This document shows, in pieces, positions 20,153 to 28,061 of a stretch of DNA of 64,000 nt. The notes beneath the pieces were generated by a model. It was not told the DNA's origin. It saw nothing but the letters and a program-made list of their open reading frames with translations, and made no database searches. The position numbers and the translations under genes were made by a program. Each line of letters opens with the position of its first letter. The first letter of the stretch is position 1. The stretch lies in assembly GCA_965204535.1 (NCBI GenBank), contig CBDBEV010000001.1, positions 1,696,001 to 1,760,000 on the forward strand, read 5' to 3'. This stretch comes from a bacterium (GTDB lineage: Bacteria > UBA8248).

Positions 20153-20884
20153 ATGAATCAACACGCTTTTCGAGTAGAGCAAAAGGTTCATTCCGCTTGG
20201 AATGGAGTTCTCGACGGTCTAAAGCAGATGAATCAGGCGAGTACAGTGCGTCCAGAAGTTCCTTCGATGGTATTCAAGGTTGACCAATGTGCGCCTGATG
20301 ACGTTGTTAAACTGTTGGTTGGTCCAGTCGTATTTAACATTCCTGAACGCGCGAATGGCCAAGCAGCAAATCTTTTTATTGTGATAAAAGGGTGGTTGAC
20401 TTTTGAGGGGCCAGATTTTGGAAACACACCGTTCAAGACGGGGAATTTTGGAACAAATGTGGCATATTTTCGATTAAAGGATAGTCGACTCGAACATGTT
20501 TTTGGCGCGCATTATGATATGGACGAAATGAGAAATGGGCACCCAGTATTTCACGCACAGTTTAGCTCCCAAATTAATATTGGCTCAAGCATAAAAGAGC
20601 TCTTCAATCGCAGTGATGAGTTGGTTGATCATTTAGAAAAAATTCTTAACAGAGTCCGAACACCTACTGCGCAGATGGACGTATTCTCAGTCTTTACACA
20701 GATATGCGCGGATCATCTGATGTGGGAACAGTCGGCGCCGGAGGTGCAACGCGCTTTTGAACAAACACGCAGTTCATGCAACTTTATCGTTGGTGCTGCT
20801 CATCGCTTAGCATACCTTAATAGCAAGCCCGCTATTGGATGTTATCGATCAACTCACTGGTATGGGCCCAATGTTAAAGTTTGA
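20153..20884 (+). CDS. Hypothetical protein, candidate effector
   Basis: ORF starts 16 nt after the receiver gene; His-rich HYDMDE...HPVFHAQ and RTPTAQMD motifs. Confidence 0.7.
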   Translation: MNQHAFRVEQKVHSAWNGVLDGLKQMNQASTVRPEVPSMVFKVDQCAPDDVVKLLVGPVVFNIPERANGQAANLFIVIKGWLTFEGPDFGNTPFKTGNFGTNVAYFRLKDSRLEHVFGAHYDMDEMRNGHPVFHAQFSSQINIGSSIKELFNRSDELVDHLEKILNRVRTPTAQMDVFSVFTQICADHLMWEQSAPEVQRAFEQTRSSCNFIVGAAHRLAYLNSKPAIGCYRSTHWYGPNVKV

Positions 20885-21300
20885 TGAAAGCGATATTTCG
20901 AATCGCAGAAATACGCACCTCATTGAATAAAATGCACACTCCTATGCACATAGAGAAAAATTCGAATAAAGCCATGCCATCATATAGGCGTAATACAATT
21001 TAGACTAGGTAGCCATCAAAGCTAGGAAGGTTGTGTATGGGCCTACCAAAGCTCCATTCTTCTTTATTGGATTTGGCTACGCATCCAGCCGATTATCATC
21101 TCAGCTATCGGATAGCTCGTGCTGAGAGCGAAGATGCCATCCATATCAAAGGTGTGGTCACGAGCGTGATGACATCGTGAGTTGTGTCAGCACTCGTATG
21201 TGGGTCAAGAGTTATTCAACCATCGACAGATCTTTCTCGAGAAATATGTATAGGTGCAAACGAATACAAAAGTGACGAACTCTCATATCTTTCAATCTTA

Positions 21301-21855
21301 TTATTTGTTTCTAAGCAACAATTTCGATAACACGGCCACCTGACTATTTTCATAACTTTCCTTTGATATTTCCTCCAGTTTTTTCTCTAACCATTCGTTG
21401 TCCAATAGTATCCAACCATTATTATTGAAGTGCTCGCGAAGTTTCTTCCCATCCGAAGCCCTCACGATTTTTCCACATGCAAGAGCAAGTTTGATTGTGG
21501 TTTTAGTCTTGCTTGCGATGAGCCCTTTGTCATACATTTGGTGGCGCAGTCGCTCGAAAACAACGCGCCTCAAATTCTCATCGTTGAACAATTTGTAACG
21601 TTCCGCCGCCTTTGGATTGCTGCCATCGAACGCCTTGTAAGCAACACCTCCTGAATCCAGAAAACTTTTGCACTCAACAACAAGGAGTTCGTTCCGGTTC
21701 GCACTGTATCCAACCAGGTCAAGTTCCCATCTCGGACTCGATGGTCGACCTATTGCTCTTTTCTCCCCCTTGGTCAGTTCAACCTTGAAAGCGCTTCGGA
21801 TCCAGTACCCATCCCGATGCAAGATTTCACCGACCACGCTCTCAAAGGCATCCAT
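21301..21855 (-). CDS. PD-(D/E)XK-family endonuclease
   Basis: AFESVV...WELDLVGY...LLVVECKS motif. Confidence 0.75.
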   Translation of the reverse strand: MDAFESVVGEILHRDGYWIRSAFKVELTKGEKRAIGRPSSPRWELDLVGYSANRNELLVVECKSFLDSGGVAYKAFDGSNPKAAERYKLFNDENLRRVVFERLRHQMYDKGLIASKTKTTIKLALACGKIVRASDGKKLREHFNNNGWILLDNEWLEKKLEEISKESYENSQVAVLSKLLLRNK

Positions 21856-21930
21856 AGCGGTTCTTTATAATAAATGATTCGAAAGTCATCTCAGTTGAGA
21901 CACCACCCTACCAAGTAGAAGCTCTCCCGC

Positions 21931-24900
21931 TCACTTGATCTCCTTCTCGATAAACCCGAGCGTGATGGCGTTCTCGGTTAGGGTGCGGACTTTCCCTTGA
22001 TCAAGGCCCTCGGGAACCTCGGCGTCGATTTCAAGCTTGATGGACACCTCACTGCCGGGAAGGGTAGTGAGTTGTTCAACAACGCCTTCAATAACTTGGT
22101 GGATGTCACGGGCAGGACGCTCAGGAGAGATCATCACCGTGCCGACAAAGCGCGTCGGCTTTTTCTCGTCCGGATCAGGCGGAACGGGTTTGTTGATATC
22201 TGGATCTGGGGGGAGTTTCTTCTCTCGACGTTTCTCAGGCGGTTCGGGGCGATTCGCCTCCGCGACCTTCGAGGCCACGATCAGGCTCTCGCTGTCGATG
22301 ACGACCTGCACATTTACAGCACTGTCTATAGCGAGACCCCGATAAGCGCCGGCAGCATCGTCCCAACCCTCGGCATAGGCGAAGGGTCCTGGATGCAATT
22401 CGCTGATGGCAGAGGTGATGGACCTGGCGAGCACCGAGCGGTTTTTCAGCCGTGGCAGGTAGGTGTAGCGATTGCAGTATTCCCATAGGTCTTTCAGGGA
22501 AAGGTGGTCCTTGTCTTTCCAGATATATTTTTGAAGCTCGTTATCGAGACGCTGCGGGCCGATTTCGATCAAGAGTGCCTCTTCGTCCACCAGACGCTTG
22601 CTCGCCCGCCTGAGCAGACCGTCTTGAACCGATATCTTTCCCGATACCCATTCGACCTCGGCCTCGGGGCTCTCTTGCGCCGGATAGAGGAGGTAGCACC
22701 AGGCCTCTTTGAGCCGCGCGCCCAGCGCCTCTTTCGCTTCCTTGAGTTTCTCTTTCGCAAGCGCGCTGTCGCTCTGGGTGAGATTGAGCCGCTCGGTTTC
22801 GCGTACGATGCTCTCCCAGGCGAGGACGTCGCGCATGCCGTCCTTGAGAATTCCAATCTGACGCGCTTCGGCAGCGAGAAACACCAGCATGTTGCGGTTG
22901 ACGCGGGGCGTAGAACCGCGATTCAGCAGAATTTCCCCGCCGAACTCCAAGGCTTCCGATTTCTCGCGACCGTTGTGCGGATGAGTCACGCCGAGCACCA
23001 CCGCGCGCACCCCGCCCGCTTCATCGGGCACGTCCCCTGAATTTCCCGGCGCTACCTGAACGGCGTCGAAGTGCTCCCGATCTCTTTGGCTGTTGATGTA
23101 GACCGCCAGCGCCTTATCGATCTCGACGAGGACAAGTGCCTCCTCAACCTGACCCGCCCGGTCTGCGGCCAACCGGTTGAGGCTGGCCGAAACCGAATAC
23201 CAGTAGCGTCCGAGATCGGTGTGGAGGAACCGCGCATGGTTGCCGAGCCGCCGCAGCGCATCGCTGAAGAGCGCCGGACGCTCACCCGGCTGGATAACAC
23301 CCAGGTTAATCTGCTTATCGTCCAATCCCTTGTTTTCCTGGCTGTGAACAGGAGCCGTGCCCATGAAGATCGCCCGCGCAACCCGGCGTGTTGCTGAATA
23401 GCGGTTCAGGTTGGGTGTTGATTGGTCGATCTTGTAAGGAATGGAACCACCGCCTTCTACATCGCCAGCGATAATCGCTTGCCAATTCACGTCGAGGTAG
23501 CGCAGCAGTTCCGGTCCTACCCGGTCTGAGTCGACCGCAATGTTTCCCGGCATGATCATTACCGAAGGATCGCCCTTCATCCACAACTCGTGTACAGCTT
23601 GCGCCATCAGACGCAGCACGCCACGAGTGCGCTGGAACTCCTCCAGCGAGCCCCAACTCGTATATAATTGGTCGAAGAGTTCCGGGTGGATGGGGTAGGC
23701 CTTCTCCATCTTGCGGCGGTAGTCCTCATCGGCCGAGCCGCGCGGGAACTCGTTCGCGTTGTCTCGGTAGAGTCTGGCGAATTGCTTGAGCGTGTTGTCG
23801 CGATGGTGGTATCTGTCGCCGGGTATCTCCCTGAATAGGCGTCGACGGACTATCTCGTAGCTTTCTTCCTGGGATGCTGGCCGCCAGGAGGATTCGATGC
23901 GCGAGAAGGTCTGCTTTAGCCGGTCCAAAGCCTCGGCACCGCCTTCGCCTCCCACCTCGATCTGTGAAGCAGGCAGAGCCGCCACGAGCACGGTCTGAGG
24001 GCTGGCCTTGACCGCCTCGGTAAGAGACTGAACGAAGCTCAGATTGGCGTCGAACGAGCCGGCCGGGAGTCCTTCCGTCCTGTAAATCTGACGGAGATAA
24101 GCTACCCATTCGTCGATCAGGATGAGGCAGGGGGCGCAGTCCCTGAAAATGGCCTCAAGAATATCTGAGCCGGGCGCGATCCCCTTGGCGTCGTTTTCGG
24201 CTATCGCATCGAAGGCCGCAGACCCGCCCAATTGCCAGGCCATCTCGCCCCAGGTCGTGCGGATTTCCCTTCCGCCCTCACAAGAAATCGTATCCTGTGG
24301 GCCACGGGAGGTGCCGACCATCACCGCGCGTTTGATTTCCTTCGGCAAGGATACATCATGCTCCGAGAGAAGCTGGTCGAGGCCCGGCAGGTCCTGCGCG
24401 GGCGTGTCTCCCGCCATGTGGTAGAGCGCCAACATGGAGTGGGTCTTGCCGCCGCCGAAGTTGGTCTGAAGCTCCATCACGGGGTCACCGCCTGCTCCTG
24501 ATAGCCTTTTGGCTGCACTCACCAGAAGCGTTGACAGGCCGTCAGTCAAATATGTTCGGCTGAAAAACTCTTGCGGGTTCAGGTATTCAGAAGGGGCGCT
24601 GCCGGCGTGAACATTGCCCAAATGAGCAGCGAATTCCGCTTGTTGGAACTCGCCCGTGGCAACATCCTCGTGCGGTTCGACCACCTCGCGCCAGGGCCGC
24701 AGGCCGCCCGCCGCCTCGATGGAGAGTTGCTGCCCCTTCGTCTTTCGGCGTTCTTCGTTCCGCCGAAGCTCCGCAAACTTTGTGCGCAATATCGTATCCC
24801 GCATTTTGCCGAGTTGCCCGGCGGCATCGCCTGCACCGATCGCCTCCGTCAGGCGGCGCATGGAATCGAGCGCGCGCTCGGCATCGTCGTAGCTGAAAGT

Positions 24901-25197
24901 CTCGTTGTGAGAGAACCTGTTTCGCACGTCGAGCAGTTCGTTGACGATTGCGCGCTCCGCCCGCCCCAGCACAGCGCCGAAGGCATCTCCCCAGTAGCGG
25001 TTCATGGCGTGGAGCAACCCTGCCTGATCCCAGGCGATGTTGTCGCTGCTATCAGTTCGAAGGCGGAATTTTTCGACCATCTCCACCTGCCAATGGCCGG
25101 TAAGAGCGTTTTCCAGACGTTTTTCGACAAAAGGCGCCAGCGCCTCGGGCAGGACTTCCATACCTTCAAAAACGATTTGGCGCGCGCTCTTGGCCAT
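21931..25197 (-). CDS. Swt1-like HEPN domain fused to DUF499 AAA+ ATPase
   Basis: N-terminal RNRFSH (RxxxxH HEPN); Walker A QTNFGGGKTH; Walker B ILIDE; YPIHPELF; FQRTRGVLR. Confidence 0.9.
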   Translation of the reverse strand: MAKSARQIVFEGMEVLPEALAPFVEKRLENALTGHWQVEMVEKFRLRTDSSDNIAWDQAGLLHAMNRYWGDAFGAVLGRAERAIVNELLDVRNRFSHNETFSYDDAERALDSMRRLTEAIGAGDAAGQLGKMRDTILRTKFAELRRNEERRKTKGQQLSIEAAGGLRPWREVVEPHEDVATGEFQQAEFAAHLGNVHAGSAPSEYLNPQEFFSRTYLTDGLSTLLVSAAKRLSGAGGDPVMELQTNFGGGKTHSMLALYHMAGDTPAQDLPGLDQLLSEHDVSLPKEIKRAVMVGTSRGPQDTISCEGGREIRTTWGEMAWQLGGSAAFDAIAENDAKGIAPGSDILEAIFRDCAPCLILIDEWVAYLRQIYRTEGLPAGSFDANLSFVQSLTEAVKASPQTVLVAALPASQIEVGGEGGAEALDRLKQTFSRIESSWRPASQEESYEIVRRRLFREIPGDRYHHRDNTLKQFARLYRDNANEFPRGSADEDYRRKMEKAYPIHPELFDQLYTSWGSLEEFQRTRGVLRLMAQAVHELWMKGDPSVMIMPGNIAVDSDRVGPELLRYLDVNWQAIIAGDVEGGGSIPYKIDQSTPNLNRYSATRRVARAIFMGTAPVHSQENKGLDDKQINLGVIQPGERPALFSDALRRLGNHARFLHTDLGRYWYSVSASLNRLAADRAGQVEEALVLVEIDKALAVYINSQRDREHFDAVQVAPGNSGDVPDEAGGVRAVVLGVTHPHNGREKSEALEFGGEILLNRGSTPRVNRNMLVFLAAEARQIGILKDGMRDVLAWESIVRETERLNLTQSDSALAKEKLKEAKEALGARLKEAWCYLLYPAQESPEAEVEWVSGKISVQDGLLRRASKRLVDEEALLIEIGPQRLDNELQKYIWKDKDHLSLKDLWEYCNRYTYLPRLKNRSVLARSITSAISELHPGPFAYAEGWDDAAGAYRGLAIDSAVNVQVVIDSESLIVASKVAEANRPEPPEKRREKKLPPDPDINKPVPPDPDEKKPTRFVGTVMISPERPARDIHQVIEGVVEQLTTLPGSEVSIKLEIDAEVPEGLDQGKVRTLTENAITLGFIEKEIK

Positions 25198-25211
25198 CCT
25201 CTACTCCTCCT

Positions 25212-27995
25212 TTAAAGGTCCAGTTCGCCTTGCAGGTCGTCGGGCGTATCGCCAATCGCCGCCGCCTGCCGGGTGAGCTCCGGCCAAACGGCTATCAGGC
25301 CGTTCCATGCGGTTGCCTCCGCCGCATCTTTTCGTTTGTTGGCAGCAATGTCGTAGAGGCAATAGGCCAAATCTCTGGTCGCGTCGGTATTCCTGGGGCC
25401 GATCTTCTTGAGAAGCACGGCGGCACCATTTTCTCCGTTATGCTCAAGCGCGCGGACGAGATGCTGGCTGCATTCCCAGACGGTAAGGTGCCCGTCCTGC
25501 GCCGGGTCCCAGCCCGAGTCGAGCTCGTCGCGTCCGAGGATGCGGACCTTGCCGCCTGAAGCCTCCACGATCCCGGCGTGGCGGACACCCTCAACCGAGA
25601 TGCCGCGCGCCGTAGCGATGCTGTTCGCCACCCCGAAATCGCCCGCCTCCACCCCGTGCTGTTCGAACCAGGTGAGAGCGAAGCGTGTTTCGGCGTCGAA
25701 CTCGCCCTGTATGCCACCCAGGTATTCGTCGAGTTCGCGGTTGATGAGTTGCAGCGCAGTTTTCACGGGCATGGGAGTATCGGCGGCTTCCAGCACGGCC
25801 TTGCAGCGGCTGAAGACGGCCATTCCCGGGCCGATGGCCGCTTGCGGCATGTCGGCGGGTGCGATGTTCGCCTTTTGGAGAGTTTCGATAGCCGGGGGAA
25901 GTTGTCTCTTTAGAGCGCGTATGAATTCTGCGCGGCTGAGGGTTTCTGCGTTGCCATCCCGTTTGCGGCAAACTAAAACGACGGAGTTGGCAAGAGCGTT
26001 ACTTGCTTGGCCTCGCATGCGGTTGGGCAACTCTGTACGTATTGGCCATGTTCCGACGACGGCAAAACCTGCATTGATGATGGCCTCAAGAAACGTCGCC
26101 CAACCGGTCGAACTGATACCTTCGTCATTGATTTCGCTTTGCTTGAAGGCATAATAGAGAGTGGCTGGGAAATTGTCCGACGATTGGCGAACCATATTTG
26201 CAATCGCCTTGGACATGCCCCTAAGGAAAAAATATTCTGCCTTTTCCTTTCCTCCGTGCCGACAAGGTGTAGCGACCAGTTCCTCTTGCTTGGGGGTCGC
26301 AAGCACTCCGAACAAGTCCGGATAAACTGACTGAAGAGCGGGCTTCATCCAGCAAAAGAAAAAATCAGAGAGATCTGCGTATCCGATATTGTCGTAGTAA
26401 GGCGGGTCGGTGGAAAATACCGTGTCCTTAGGAAATCCAGCGGATTGGGCGTCGTATTGGCATAACGAACCACTACTGTTCAGCTTCAAATTAGCGAGCA
26501 CCTTCCATACCCAATCGCACATCGACATCCAATTGCCGGTGGATGTACTGAAAGGATTTGCTTCTGCGAAATCCCAGACCATAGGGATCGCTTGGCGGCC
26601 GAAAGTATTCCTCACTTTTGTGTATCCTGAATCCCAAGAACATATTGCGCTTCCCCGATCTGCCAGTCGATTTATGGTTAATCCTAAATACACACTCACC
26701 GCCTCGGCATAGGCTTTCGCGCCGGTGCCGCCGTGACGTACTGGGGTCTGGGCGTCGGAAAACCCGGCCGCCAGTGCGTCGCATTCAATTACTTCGCGGG
26801 CTTCATGAACCAATTCACTAAACGTGTTAAGCGCGGCAATTTGACGATCAGTGAAAAGGTCTCCGAAAGTAGTCAAGCCATAGCTACCAATCCTGAACCC
26901 GAGCGCATTCGGTTCGAAAACGATGTCAGGACGTTTTTCTGGTTTAACAGAACGAGCTAATTCTTCATGTTCAATTGTCGGGGGAATATATGTTCGGCCA
27001 TGTAACCCTTCGACGACGACAGCCATCAGCCTTACGCCTATATTACATTTTCGACCTTGAGCACGAATATACTCGAAAGGCATTGCCGCATCGGAAACAA
27101 GGCAAATCCCGCCTCGTCGGTTCATGGTTCCTTCAAGACCGTAGCGCGCGTCCCCATTTGCCGTAGAACGAATTGTAAAATAATAATCTTTGCCTTCAAC
27201 GATTGGCTCGACCCAGACTTCTTTTCCTTTCTTTGTCGAAAGATCAAAACTCCGAACCAGCGGCACATGCGCATCCGAAAACGCCGGATCAGGGCTTGGC
27301 ACGGTGCGTGTCCATATCCAGGCAATTACCGTCGCCTTGCCGCCGCCATGCTCCTTGGGGAGATCCACCTTCGGGTACAAATGGCCAATGCGCTCGAAGG
27401 CCTGCTCCCGCATCCAGGCGCCGTAGTATTTAACGTCTTCGGCCAAGCCCTCGGCGTTGCGATAGTGGTTGCGTTCCTTGGGACCTGGATGCGCCGGCTC
27501 TCTTTCTTTGAACAGTGGGGGAATCTCGATCATCGCCTTGCCGATCACCACGGCTACGGGGTTAAGATCGCTGCCATAAGCAGGAAGGCCAAGGCGCTGT
27601 GCCTCAAGCGGGATGGAGCCTCCGCCCGAGAAGGGATCGTAGATGGGGGGCAGTTCTCCTTTGCAACTACGGGCTATTTCCGCACGAGCGCGCGCGAGCA
27701 CCTCCTCGTTTGTGGAATTTTCCCATTTCACGAGGTCTTCGATGATCTTGAACAGCCGTCGTCGCTCCTTCTCGACGGTCTCTTGCGTGGGGAACTTTTC
27801 GGGATGGCTGGAGGGGTCGTCCACAAGTTGCGCGAACAGCACCGCCCGGCAGGCCGCCAGTGGCCTTCTGGCCCACCATAGGTGGAGCGTGGAAGGGTGG
27901 CCGTGGCGGATCGATTTCTCCCGCGCCGATGCGGCGTTGATCATATCGAGCGGAAGCGCAACCTCGATGAGTTTTTTCCTAACGCCTGAGTCCAT
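25212..27995 (-). CDS. DUF1156 adenine DNA methyltransferase, copy B
   Basis: HLWWARRPL, DPFSGGGSIP, TDPPYYDNI. Confidence 0.92.
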   Translation of the reverse strand: MDSGVRKKLIEVALPLDMINAASAREKSIRHGHPSTLHLWWARRPLAACRAVLFAQLVDDPSSHPEKFPTQETVEKERRRLFKIIEDLVKWENSTNEEVLARARAEIARSCKGELPPIYDPFSGGGSIPLEAQRLGLPAYGSDLNPVAVVIGKAMIEIPPLFKEREPAHPGPKERNHYRNAEGLAEDVKYYGAWMREQAFERIGHLYPKVDLPKEHGGGKATVIAWIWTRTVPSPDPAFSDAHVPLVRSFDLSTKKGKEVWVEPIVEGKDYYFTIRSTANGDARYGLEGTMNRRGGICLVSDAAMPFEYIRAQGRKCNIGVRLMAVVVEGLHGRTYIPPTIEHEELARSVKPEKRPDIVFEPNALGFRIGSYGLTTFGDLFTDRQIAALNTFSELVHEAREVIECDALAAGFSDAQTPVRHGGTGAKAYAEAVSVYLGLTINRLADRGSAICSWDSGYTKVRNTFGRQAIPMVWDFAEANPFSTSTGNWMSMCDWVWKVLANLKLNSSGSLCQYDAQSAGFPKDTVFSTDPPYYDNIGYADLSDFFFCWMKPALQSVYPDLFGVLATPKQEELVATPCRHGGKEKAEYFFLRGMSKAIANMVRQSSDNFPATLYYAFKQSEINDEGISSTGWATFLEAIINAGFAVVGTWPIRTELPNRMRGQASNALANSVVLVCRKRDGNAETLSRAEFIRALKRQLPPAIETLQKANIAPADMPQAAIGPGMAVFSRCKAVLEAADTPMPVKTALQLINRELDEYLGGIQGEFDAETRFALTWFEQHGVEAGDFGVANSIATARGISVEGVRHAGIVEASGGKVRILGRDELDSGWDPAQDGHLTVWECSQHLVRALEHNGENGAAVLLKKIGPRNTDATRDLAYCLYDIAANKRKDAAEATAWNGLIAVWPELTRQAAAIGDTPDDLQGELDL

Positions 27996-28061
27996 GTGCT
28001 TGCCTCGTGTTTTCCGCTCGGCGCAGCTGATTTATGCACCGAAGGTTTCGTTTCAAATCCC

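Noticed and set aside
20885-21300. ncRNA between the convergent defence operons
   Set aside because: Only short, weak palindromes; no convincing structure or ORF
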